Shown: positions 27,601 to 40,892 of the stretch, one piece after another | How positions within the stretch are numbered: position 1 is the first letter of the stretch | How the letters are laid out: the number at the start of each line of letters is the position of its first letter | Assembly (NCBI RefSeq): GCF_026571515.1 | Contig: NW_026858021.1 | Coordinates: 248,001 to 312,000, forward strand | Direction of reading: 5' to 3' | Length of the DNA: 64,000 nucleotides | Origin: Ruditapes philippinarum | Taxonomy: Eukaryota | Notes under the pieces: model-generated | What the model was told of the DNA's origin: nothing | Databases searched by the model: none | Seen by the model: the letters and a program-made list of their open reading frames with translations, nothing else | Made by a program: the position numbers and the translations under genes

Positions 27601-30600
27601 GTCATCGTCTCATTGACAGTCAATGCCTCAGTTTTTTTAAAGTGTCTGTCTAAGAAGAGATTAATTACAATTAATTTTGCAATGCATTTCGCCCAATTTC
27701 AGGAAATACTGCAAACAATTCAACTTTCATTTTAATCTGAATATATTTTTTAATAATCTTTTGCATATATTTCTGTTAAGTGCCCGAGTTGAGCTATGAA
27801 GATTATTCAAATTTTTATGTTTTCAGTCTTTTGTACCTCAATGGAGTTCCTTTAAAATTTTATCTCACTTTTTTATTTCTCTCGCGTCGTATTTAATTTC
27901 TAGATTTTATATTATTCTTTATTGTTTATAAAATACCAAAGTAAATTGACGTTTATGGTTATTGAAATTTTCCTATGATATTGGGCCAGTCACATGTAAA
28001 TATATTATTTTACAAAATTAGTATACTCGGTTGTTATTAATGTTTTGGTTTAGAATAATGAAAATGTTGTTTACTGTCGAATAAATCATACAATCAATAT
28101 AAAGAAATATATTGAATTAAATTTCTTGATAAATCTTACATAAAAAACATTCAACACATTTCCCTGACAGTTATATGTTGCTTTGTCAAGAGAAACGACA
28201 ACGTTTATGGATTGATATTTTGAGCAATAATCTAATAACATTTGCTATCACAAAACAGTATGACTTTCCTTTACAAGGTACAATCAACACACTCCAAACT
28301 AAGAAGATTGCCAGTGTGTAAAGCACCGTGTGATTAAAGTAAAACAAACCAAAATTTATAAAGTTATTTGTAAAAAAAAAGCAATAATTTCTTGAACTGA
28401 GTAAATAAATAGATTGAAGTTTATATTTGATAACTAAAATCTTTGTAACATTGCCAATGTTATTTTTATGGCCTTGAATTTTAAATTGTCTCGCTTTTTT
28501 ATTTGGTCTACACAAAAAATCCACGTCTATAACGTCACGATACAAGTTGACAATATTTGCTTACCCTGTAAATGTCCTTTTTTATATAATTATGCTACTA
28601 TTGCTTGACAGCATCCCACATCCAATTGTAAGAAAAGTCCTCTGAATAACAGAACGATACGGTTTTAATAACATGACTCTTTCAATAGAATTGGAACAGA
28701 CACGTGTGCTTTAAACACATTAACTTTTCGTCTTGAAGCTTATCAATGTCAGAGATTTAACAGATGACGAAAAGGTTAAGCCTGTAAAGTGATATATTTT
28801 TTGTTTATACAGTGTGTGTATCGGACGTGAAAATGTATGCTGAAATTTGTTTTTGCGTTATTCTCGTTATTTTGAATCACCAGCTTGTTAGGTCTTAAGA
28901 TATAAAGCAGCAATTTGCCTTGGTAAGTTAGTTCGAGTATAATTTTTATTTACTTTTAAAATTATTCATGTATAGAAGTTTTAATGTACTAGGAAAATGA
29001 AAAGAACTGTAAAATTTCATCTTTAATCAACAGTAAATACTAAAGTTTTAAGAAAGCTATTTTTATTACTCCCTTTCGTTGTTCATCGAATTGGAAACGA
29101 ATTCCACAACTGTTACATTGGAATATATTCTACAATATTTTCATCGGATTAGAAACAATTATTATAGTGTTTGACAATTGTATAGATTCTTGTAAGTATA
29201 GGATTAATCATTAGGAATGAAACAACATTGTTTTATCAGTCAGTGCTCTTGTATTAATTAAATATATATCGAATTTAAACGTCTCTTTTATTGTCGACTA
29301 CAAATTGGATTCAATTTGTTTTATCCAGGGAATACATTATAACTATATTATACTTACTATCTAATATGTATTTAAGTTGAATAATTCATTAAAAGCATAT
29401 GGCAATTAAAAAGATTTTTATCATCAAAGGTTCTTATTGCAGACAAGAATACCACACTGTTCTCAAATATACGATGACCATTGCTTACATTCTACCATCA
29501 TAAACAAGTGTTAACAGTTATTAATCATTTACATATGGAAGACAAACATTTAAGACAGTCAGCATTTGTATACATTTACAATAAATCAAAAAACATTTTA
29601 CTGCAACAAATCTTAAAGTATTTTTCAATCAACTATTAAAATCTTTTAAATTGTTACAGGTGAATCCTGTAAGTCAAATACATCTTAGCATATAGTTTTC
29701 TTGACCTGACGTATTTATAAGACTAACTTCCGGTGAATCTCTTTAAGGACGTACATAATTTATTTTAACGTAGGAAGAAAAATAGTACTTACCGGTATAT
29801 AAGTAAACCCATCGGGAGTAAGCGTTGTAAAAAATATAATACCATTTGCAAATGCGGAAATACTTAAGTCAAAGGAAATTCTTAGATTGATTTGAATACA
29901 CGACAAATGGTCTAATTTTAAAAGATGTTAAACAATTTCTGTCTGAATATCACCCAGCTTTAAAATATAATTTCCTGTTGTCTGTTCGTCGACATGATTA
30001 ACAATATAGACATATCACATTAAAAATTATGTATAAAACTGGGGCCATCTTTTTTTTTCCTGTTTCGGGAAGGGTAAGAAAAAATTTGTTAAGGTCTGAA
30101 AGAAAAAATTAAATGTTTTTATTTGTATGAACCAACATAAATTTTTTTTCTACGAAAAAGTCATGTTTTTGAAGTTATTATATATTAAGACGGACCATCT
30201 TTAATTAAGATTTTTTTTTTCCCCAATGAAAAGGGGTTTCCCCCAAATTTCGGGTTTAAATTCCCATTTTGATAACCCTTCAAAAATAGGGTTCACAAAA
30301 AAACAAAAAAACCCCAATTTTTTTATGTGAAAACTTTGCCCAAATTTTATTACGCTTTTTCCAGCTTTAAATTTATTTTAAAAATGATATAAAATTTGAT
30401 ATTATTGAAACTGTATTTAGGTGTTCAAAAAAAATTTTTAAAAAAATTTTTAAATTTAATATGTCGTTACAACGAATGCCTAATTTAATCTTAAATGATA
30501 CATCGATTGAATGAAGTCCATCTCTCACACACATTTCATGTACATAAAAACTACAGCGTCGTGTCAATCGCAATGCAGTTCAAATTGGATGAAATCCAAT

Positions 30601-33600
30601 ATCTTTTGATTAGAAAATTTTCTGAGAATTTGTCAGTTAAACCACATTCTGATAGTGGGCATTATAATTTTACAATTTGTGTAACTTTACACAACAACGT
30701 CGGAAGTAAATGTTTCAGATACAAGACTTTTATGCATAAACCTCTTACATCATTGTGGTGCATGATTAGTCCAGAAGTCACTGAAACTGTTTTACTATAA
30801 TTCTGTGAATGCCTCCTAAATTGTTTACGGAGAAACCCTTTTTGACAGTCTTTTGAGATATTAGGGGTTTTTTTGTAAAGAAATTTAAACAAGATAAAAT
30901 GTCCTTGTGAGACCCTAGTGGGTTTAAAAAAGTCCCCTCGAAAATTAAAAGGAAAAATTTTAAGGTTTTCAGATATTTTTGGGTGACCTGTTTCTTTGCC
31001 CTAAGAGGGAACGAAACCCCTTGCAATGAAATAATAATTGACAAGATATCAGGAGTTTAATGTATGTTTGTTTGAGATATTGATATATCCTGGCTGTTAT
31101 ATAACTTTAAAAGCAAACACAACAAAGATCTTGTACGATTCTAGAGCTAATGAAATACACAGTCATGTGAAATTATGTTTTTATTCAGAGATAAAAAATT
31201 ATATCTTTTTAATTAACTTAGCAAAGGATCAAATTATTGCAAAATTAATTCGCACCATGTTTTATGAGAAAATAAGTATGACAAAAAGCTTTCATCACAT
31301 CTTTAATTACGCATGAAATAAACTTTGATTACGACATCTTGTGATGTATTTCATCCATAAAACACAAATTAAGGTCAATAATATACAATCGACGACACAA
31401 CATACCATCTAATTCATCATTAAAGAGATATGGTTGATTTGAACAAAATTACGAGAATATGGTACAAGGCATATGTTCCACAAAAATCATTTATATCAAA
31501 ACAGGGCAAAAAAAGGTGTTATTTTGAAAAAAAGAAAAAGAATCAGAGTGAAACTTGTTTTAAAACTTTTCACGCGAGAATGAGATTTCAATAGCTTATA
31601 AAATGTCGATGATTCTATAAAATTCAAATACAATTCACATTGTTCTCATATTCTGTTAAATAACCGATTTTATGTTGATATCATTTAATGTGAAGTAGAA
31701 TTATTACTAAAAGTATGTTATATCATAGAAATTTAAAGGCTGAAGTGAGTTAGAGAAAAAAAATAGTTTAAATACTAGATATGCTTTTCAAACTCATTGC
31801 TCGAGTAAGTGAAAATTTAACGTTTATGATATTATATTTTCTTACTACATTAAAAGATAATCGGAGGTTAATGTGTTACTGGAATCGTCCATCAACCAAT
31901 TTACAAGAAGTTGGGATAAACGTCAATGTCGAGCAGTTACGTGCTAAATGTTTTGTTGGTATCATATAACACTAGTTTCACAAATGAAAGCTGTAATTAA
32001 GGACAAAACATTTTATAATTTTGTGCATACGTCCGATATACTTAATGCACAGAACATAAAACTACCTTATAGGTAGTTGAGTCTCGCTGAGTAATTTTAT
32101 CATTACTATCTATTAGTAATGACGATAAAAAAAGAAAACTCGTTTTCGTAGCAATTTGTACTTTTCAAATTGGTCACATTGCATTTTCTTGAATAGAATT
32201 ACTACATTAAAGATATTTTATTACATAATCATATTGTATTTTTCTTGAATAGAATTACTACATCAAAGATGTTTTATCATTTAATCGCTTTATAGAATTA
32301 CAGATATTCTGATTTATTTTTAAGTTTAAGTGCTGAAATAAAATAATGGAGTTTTTGCATGACATTTTATTACAACTATCACGATGAACAGCTTAAATTA
32401 CTTTGAAACGAGATTTGGTATACTATATATTGTAAAGTTGTAACTTTGATAAACATTCTCTTAAATTAATGTCTTGTTGCTTTTGTTTAACAGTAATTTT
32501 CATAGTTTCCAATACATAGTGAAATTAATTCGAATGTTTACTGGAAATCGACAATTATATTATATATATGTCATCATTAAAATTTGTTGATGAAGCATTG
32601 AAAAAATACAATATTGTAAATTATACCACATTATTCAAGATTTTTACGTATAAGTTAGATTCAATGCTAAAGAAAACAAAAAACTATTTTGATATACAAG
32701 AACAGCAGACCATTATGAAATAATCCTGTCTTGTGGCAGACAATAAAGCGTAAAATTGTATTTATGAGTTTCTAAATTATCAGAAACCTATAATATGTTA
32801 ATAGCTTGGTTATATCATAACTAATTATACTTTATGCTATAAACTAGACATGCAAAACAAACACATTTAGATTTATTGTCTCTTTCAATATTACTTAAGA
32901 AACACTTTGTATGTACCTTTGTTCTAGACACTAAATTGACATTAATTGGTTCTGATAAGCGTACATAATTATGGTTAAAAATAACTAGTGCCTCTCAATG
33001 ATGAAAACAAGAAAGAATTTATCGTATCTGCAACTTGTCCATAGGTTATAGAAAATATAGGAAGGTCAAAGAAACGCTCAAAAGCTAATATTCTCGACTT
33101 GTTTATCATTTCCAGATATGAACATGTTTTGACCAAGGGATAGTGAATGTTCTTTTGTCAAAAATATACTTAACAAAACAACACTTTAGCTTACATATAT
33201 TCGTTACATATTCATTATTGTTATTTTTCTCAAACATTATGTTGGATTTGGGGTTGCTCCCCCCAGGAGTATGGATGCATTTTCAATGTGATAGCCACCT
33301 TTGCAAGCAACAACAATTAAGTTAACATAAAAATTCGAGAAACGAGCTTGCATATTTGATATATTTTCTAGATTTAAATCCGACAATAACGACATAACTC
33401 AAGTCAAATTAAAAGGAATTGTAAAATAACGCAATATATTGAATTATTGACAAAATGGAGATTTAATATTTCATAATGTTTATGGCTCTTTTGAAATATA
33501 CATGTATTCTGTAAGGTCTTGACCTCTTTTATAGAAGTTATTACATGTATATGAACTATTGGTATTAAAGTTTCATATGTTATTATCGCATTAACATTCA

Positions 33601-36229
33601 CAAACTATTATATTAATCATTTTTCGAAGAGCAGGTGCAAAGTTGTATGTTATTGCCAAGGAAAGAAATAATGAATTGTGTAATAATAAAAAATCAAACG
33701 TTATCTATTATTAGGTAAATATATAAAATAAAAGATGTTTGAACTTTGCATTGAAATTGAATCAACATATTAATGTGTTTCAGTACTTTGGCGACAATTT
33801 GATAAATATTTTTTCTTTTTTCTTAGGGAACAGATTATTTCTTGTTTATACAAACTATTGTTGCAGACATTACATTGTTTATCAAAGGTTATTAAAGATT
33901 AATAGTTAGCGTCCATTGGCATAATAATTGGAAAACAAATTAGAAAACTCACTTTAAACATGTGTTTAAGATGTTTTAAATAATGCATCAAACTTCAATT
34001 TCCAGGTTTTCATACCCATACTTTAACCTTTATGTAAATACCAATCTACATACAGTTATAACATTGAATCATGCATTCAAATGTAAGTAACGTATCACTA
34101 CAAAACGTTTCAATCCCTGTCACATTATTGACTGAACATAAGGAAAACATGGCCAATTGTGACATTTAATGCTAGTAATTCTCTGTATGTACATGTTATA
34201 AAGAAACAAACGAAGTCGTCATTTACAGAAATTATCAAACATAATAATTCGATACCACTTACAATATGTGTGCATGTAACAAAAATAGAGAAAATGAAAT
34301 TCCTCAAAAAGTTTATACTGTCTTAAATAATTGAAATGCCAAATTCAAGATTGTGTAATCATTGCATATTTTGATTTTGATACAAGGAAGCAATTATTGT
34401 TGTAATAAAAATGATTATTTCGCCCAAGACTCGAAGAACCTTTCAATTTACATTGTGTCTGGGATTATAAACAAATAATGTTGTCACAATGAAATTGTAT
34501 TTCAATTTAAAATATATTGCTTCATTTAAAACTTGTTCTTGAGGCGTAAAACATATTCTATTTGCAGTTCTCGGAAAACAATCAAATTGGAATGATTTAT
34601 TTATTGATTTGATTCACAATTTTATTTCAAACGAAAATGTCTGCTGTCATTCCTTTAGGCTGACTGTTTTATTAATTTAAAATCGAATAATGCTAGAATT
34701 TGAAAATCCAAATTTAAGAATCATTTCTAATTTAAAATGACTACTAGATGATATAGTTTCGATTTCTACATGAAAACCGATATACTTTTACAAACCCTCC
34801 CACTTAGCTCAACAGGAAAAGCGTCGGATCGGTCGCAGTTTCGATACTCGGGCAAGGTGTAATATAAATAACTCTTACATGGAACCTGAACCTAACTAAT
34901 ATATCTCATTTGCAGTTTAATTTACTAGAAATTAAAATATCAGAATTATTGTGAATTATTCTTCTTACTTTGTAGAGAGTACACAAATATTGCATAACAA
35001 TCGTATTTGCTTTGGTCATATAAGACATAGGCTTGTTACATGGCACAACTTTACCAGCTATTGTCTTCTATCACGTTATTTGGCATGACGTATTGCCTAA
35101 GGACAAGTCATATAAGTAAGCGAAAGTAATGCAGAACCACTGGGAAATTAACTTACTCAAGATTTGTAATTTATGTATCTTCTCAACAAATTCTAATCTA
35201 ACTTGTAAAGGGATATTATATTCATAATTTTAATGAAATGAATGTCTGGTAAAGGAAATTACTTTCATCAATAAAGCATCATATATGACCTACTTGTTTT
35301 TGAAGAAAAATGTATTCGGTAAATGACCGAGCTTATTCTGCAAATATAGATATAACAAGTGAAATAACAATAGATTAATCACAATGCAAGACGAAAGCGA
35401 TAATAAAAACAATAATGACACAAAAGCAATTAAAGGAACTCCAATGATTTTTTTGCATGACGGGACTGGAAATATTTTTTTCGAGATTAATGTTCTATTG
35501 CATGTAGGCGTAGACGTATTACTATTCTGACTGTGCAAAATGAATAAAGACTCAGAAAGCCGTGCTGGGCTTTCTTTAGGGATTCTGTTTTTCACTATTT
35601 CAGTCCAATTGGACTAAGGACAACACAAAAATGGGTTGATTCTATCATTAATAGGTAGAGAATTACGTAGCATTATGTATTGCAGATAAAGCGGAATCTA
35701 ATAACAAGATTGGTAAATATAAAAACAATAAACATAGATTTCAATTTTAACCAAACGATTTCACGTTATGAACTTTACAAATTCAACTTCACGAGTTAAA
35801 TATTTCAGCTTGATGAATTCTGGATCTTGAATTTATACAATTAAAATTGCACAAGTTGGAATTTGTTAGTTATATTGTATTATAATATAGATGTATAAAA
35901 ATTGAACACAATATATAACAATATTTTTGTTATAATAAAGACACATGTTCATTGTGGTTTGAAAGAAATATTGACAATAATCAAACGAAAAATACTAAGA
36001 AAAAAAAAACAATTTCAGTTTTGCCGTATTGGGCGTGTATTAAATTTTTTATCTGTCTATTATTATTAAATATTATTCATAATTATTGAAATCACCGTAA
36101 TTATACTATTAAAAGTTACATTAAATTTTATTAAATAAGAAAATAAAAATGTCTTTGCCGATAAAAATAAACCAGTCTTCAGATTTTAAGGTTGTTTCTA
36201 TATAAATCTTAATATATACAGTTGTTATA

Positions 36230-37540
36230 TAAAGTGAAGTCTAATTTAACTTTAGTACCGCTTTATGTAACATACGTATTAATTTAATTGGATTTCGAAT
36301 AAAACCCATAAAAAACAGCATGAGAAACATTTCATTAAAGTAAATTAAAAAGTCTATTTGCAGGGCTCAATCTTTATTATCACTCTTTATTTTTATATAA
36401 GACTTCTTTACATATAAAAAACCTTAGTTACTAAGCGGACAGAGATATTGAAGATATAATTGTAGAACACTTTTACGATGCATATGCATTAGATTAATTG
36501 TTTTTACAAATAAATTGCAGCTTATCAAATACAAAGAAAAAGAAAATAAATCCAGTTTCAAGGCTCTTGTCTTGAAATGAAACTATGATTATATTTCACA
36601 AAACAGGAAATACCTATTAAATGACAATACAATTCGCAAACAATTTCTTAATTAAAGTATATAATGATACTTGTAAAATGATGAAGTTGTAAGTAAACAG
36701 ATTGTTGTTTTAAGAGATTGTGTGCAGAAATGGAAACACTTGTTATATAATTATGACAACGGTGCATGATGCAAAAAAATTTATTTTCACGTAGTAACTT
36801 TAATTCTTATGTGGCATGATCTAAAATTTTGTCCTCTAAATAAACAGGCTATTATTTCAAGAGATTGGGTGCAAAAATGTAAACACTTGTAAATAATTAT
36901 GATATCGGGGAAAATATGCAAAACAATTTACTTTTGTACAAGAAATAATCTTACAATCATTTAAATGATCAACTTAGTAAGTAAGACATTAGATCTTATA
37001 TAATTGTTATACAGTTTTATATTACGTACGCATTAGTTGAATTGGCTTTGGAAAAAAAATCATTAAATGTAATATAAAAAAATATAATCCATTTGCAAGG
37101 AAGGCTTGATTTTTTTTCAAATCACATTTGAATTTTACATTAGACTTCATTGCATGGTAAAGTCTAAGTTACTTAGCTGACAGATATATTAAAGTATAAT
37201 TGGAGTACACTTTTATTATGCATATGCATTAGTGTAATTGTTTTTTTAGAAATATATTGCTACTTATCAAATACAAAGAAAATAGAAAGCAAATCCAATT
37301 TCAAGGCCTCTTGTCTTGAAATGAGAAAAAGATTATTTAACAGCTATTAAATAGCAATGCGCAGACAATTTCTTAAATAAAAGTACATAATGTTACTTGT
37401 CAAATGATGAAGTTGTAAATAAACAAGTTGTTGTTTAAAGAGATTGGGTGCAGAAATGTAAACACTTGTTACAAAATGAAGATAACAATGAAAACATTAT
37501 ATAATGCTGCAAAACAATTTATTTTCACACAAATTTATCT
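36230..37540 (+). repeat. Internal ~750-bp tandem duplication within unit 3 (36230-36790 vs 37000-37540, extra partial copy ~36840-36940)
   Basis: tataattg.ag.acactttta..atgcatatgcattag at ~36455 and ~37195. agagattg.gtgca.aaatg.aaacacttgt occurs three times. Unit 1 has a single copy (15660-16240). Confidence 0.85.
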
Positions 37541-38849
37541 TATTACAAACAATAAATATGAGGTTTTCCCCTGACTAGTACGTAATATCATATCATATTA
37601 TGATTTAAAATGTAATTATATATATCGTATATGTTTGATCGGAACTACATGCTAATAAAAAGAACTCAAAATGACACGTGCCACGATTTTTTAATGGTAT
37701 TCTGTTGCTTGGCCTTAGATCTCAACTTTTGCTCTAATTTAGAAAATGCTAAATACATGTTTTGGCAAACATCTACATTTTGTACCAAGAACCTTTATTT
37801 AGAATCATTTTATTTATATACAGTTGTTACAACTCTCTTGCACATTTGTGTTATGTACGAATCACAAGCGACTCAATCTTGAATGTTGTTCTAAATATAG
37901 ACATATTTATCAATGCATATCTTTGCCTAATTGTTACTGAAAGTAAAATACTATTAACTTACACTTACTGTTAACCTTCATTTATGTCACATATCAATGG
38001 TACATCTATAAAGATGTTTTTCTTTTAGACCTTATTTACTGTAGAAAGTCCTTGATTAAATAATGGCATTCAATGACAAATACACACTGACCGGCTTGAT
38101 AGACGGCGTAATTGTAGCACTTCTAAAATAAGAAATTTCTACATTAAGATCATTGTTACTTAACAATGTTTACTTAAGAAACAGAATAATGAAACGTGTT
38201 TATAAAAGAAACATACTTAGTGCGAATCACTATCGTACTGATGTACTTGTTGCACTATAATGCTGACTGTCTTCGAAGCTTTAATTGTGAGCATTCTGTT
38301 AAACAATTTTTGAAAGGATTTGATTTTTACAGTCAAATGGCAGCATTTGTTGCAAAGGTTTGTCGGAATAACATCATTATATACTTCCCTTTATAAGAAC
38401 TACATACTTCATTATTTTAGATGCCGAAAAATGTCAAAACATGTTTACAAAATGTTAATGTGATTAAAGGAGAATGGTTTTATTCTTAAAACTATTTAAA
38501 TTGACCTGAAAATCGTTGTCGTAATTAGTTTATTGTAACACTCCTTGGTTTCCATTACAATTCTTGTTTTAACGAACGTACGATGATAGAATCTGTCTTT
38601 GAACATGAATAATTTATATCGTTTACCCTAGAGATATTCAAAATCCAGAAGATTTCAAGAATACGTTTGAATAACTTGACTTTTTTTCTCAGATTGTTAA
38701 TCGTCATGTTTTCATGATTGTTTGAAAGCAATACTTTTCAGTTAGATAATTTTAATAAAACCATAAATTACTTTTTTATTTGGGATGAGATAGCAACAGT
38801 TTATTTTTATGTAACCGACAGAAACATTTGTAAAAAAATCACATATTTA

Positions 38850-39560
38850 CTGGTGCAGACCATGTCTGTCACAGCATTGTAACACAAATGTGGCATCTAT
38901 CTCTATGAACCCAGTGCCCTCGGGTGTCATTGACTCTGGTGACTTTAATATGCTAAACACAGATTAACACTTTTATTTTGTCATCACTTAGACACATAAT
39001 CAAAACCATTATATATTTTTACAACAACAGTAACCCCATGAGACAAATCTAAATAACAGAATTTCAAAGAAATGTCTGAAGCTAGACTACGACAAATTTG
39101 GCTATTTGAGTATTACAAAAGTTTTATGCCATCCGACATTAAGAGCTCCTTAGCCTTTCAGATGTTGTCTGTGCATAAATAGAGCACAATCTGAATAAAA
39201 CCATTTGTAAAGAGTTTCAGAGATCAGAAAACATAAATTTATATAATCACTTAGACAAATGGAAATTATTTTAATGGATTGTAAATTCAAAACATAGGAA
39301 AATCGTGTTGTCAATTCATGATATGTGAAAGATCAAGGAACATGCGAAATCGCAGCAGAAAAGAGGTAGATTGTACCTTCAATTTTATTCCTGATACAAT
39401 CTACCTCTTTTCTGTTGCGATTTCGCATGTTCCTTGATCTTTCACATTATTTTCTGGGTATTATAATGTCCGGAAGAGCATACATGTAAACATAGCCCAG
39501 CTTAACTCGTGGATGCATACATCTGTTGCATGAACACTTATATAAAGTTTACCGAAAAAT
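38850..39560 (+). pseudogene. Decayed LINE endonuclease/linker region (paralogs ~26020-26700, partial ~42960-43140)
   Basis: In-frame VIDSGDFNMLNTD* (AIDAGDLNMRNRD in the paralog) resembles the APE GDFN.P.IDW motif. Downstream LNSWMHTSV and HLYKVYRK resemble the CR1 linker PW...LYK. Confidence 0.4.
39323..39447. repeat. Near-perfect inverted repeat: 53-bp arms, 19-nt spacer
   Basis: 39323-39375 is the reverse complement of 39395-39447 with one mismatch (G.U on the + transcript). Confidence 0.95.
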
Positions 39561-40745
39561 CATTTCCCGCAAACAAGGATTGTTCTGAAATTGTGTTTAA
39601 CTAAAATTCATAAAATATTTTGTAGGAATAATTGCTTGCTTTACATATTAACTGTTACATATTTGTCATACAAGCATTTTTATCTCTTATAAACACCCTT
39701 TCAAATGACTCGATCTCGTCTTTGATCAAGAATGTAAAAACTACTGCAAAATTTAATGTTTATTTCAAATGTAACTATAATTATACTACACATTTCGTAC
39801 GTTTACTCTCATTCATTAATTACAAAGCTATCTCTAATTTCTTTTCAAAACATGTTTACATGCTTTTTGAGTAATTATGTTAATAAAAGACAAGTTCATA
39901 CTGAGTGGCTGAATGGCAAGTACATTTTTATCTGAACCAAAACAAGATATTGCTCCATTAGCATCATTATAACAAAATAAATTCTAAATGAGAAACTAAG
40001 TAGAAATGAAATTCTGTAAAATCACTATAATAATGCTAATGTACTTTTGGTTGTGATTTATGGAAATTACATCAGCATCGTTATTATAGCAAAATAAATT
40101 CTAAATATGAAACTAAGTAGAATTTGTCCTCATCGGTTTAAATCACTTTTTACCATGTTAATGCACTTTTTTAAAATTCGAATTATAATATGGACCTTAT
40201 GTGGCTGTGATTTAAGCATTTGTGCAATATTATGGAAGTTACATGTAATAATTTATATACCGTTTATAAATGAGCAAAACGAAATTGTACAAGGAATAGC
40301 TGTGTATTTAAGCAAGAGGTTACTAAATCTGATTGAATTGTTTCTTGGTAAATTCTGTTTGTTTTACAAATGCCGAATTGGCATTACACAGGGATAACTT
40401 GTTAAGTTTGCAATGTTGATGTAACGTTGTTTTTTATTTTCTGAACTGACATATATGCTTCGAAATTAAAACCTAGAATTATAATTTATTCTGTTACATG
40501 CTCGGAAAATATTTACATAGCTAAAGGCAACAAAAGAGATATGTTTACCATCAACATAATATCAATAAGGTATAAACGTTTTAACAAATTATTTCAAGAA
40601 TCGGCAGGTTCCTGATCTTTTACTTGACAGAATATTTCCCCAAATGTTTCAATGTCCATTCCGGGATTCATATGCATATTGAAAATGATTACCATTGTTT
40701 AAATGAAAACTAATTTTTTACTTAATAGCCATATGAAATATATTA

Positions 40746-40892
40746 TATGAAAAATCAAGTGCAACAAGGAGGGGTGGCGTTCAATGAACGCAACCCCGCC
40801 ACGACCCGGCAACCCAGGACCACCGGCAAGGAGCCAAGCAGGACACCAAACAAAAAGCAGGACAGGGCAAAAGTGCAAAGCACGGACTGGGT
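40746..40892 (-). mobile_element. Short interspersed element, subfamily A, best-preserved copy
   Basis: Contains the hairpin ggggtggcgttcaatgaacgcaacccc and the shared terminus tatgaaaaa. Confidence 0.8.

Noticed and set aside
29783-29814. Minus-strand mini-exon (LTPDGFTYIP then GTAAGT), lectin-like
   Set aside because: The acceptor is AA rather than AG in this copy, the donor is deleted in unit 2, the segment is absent in unit 1, and I found no partner exons.
38196-38396. 66-aa ORF with a signal-peptide-like start and possible GTGAG donor in four units
   Set aside because: The frame is broken in paralogs and the region is better explained as a decayed LINE endonuclease fragment.
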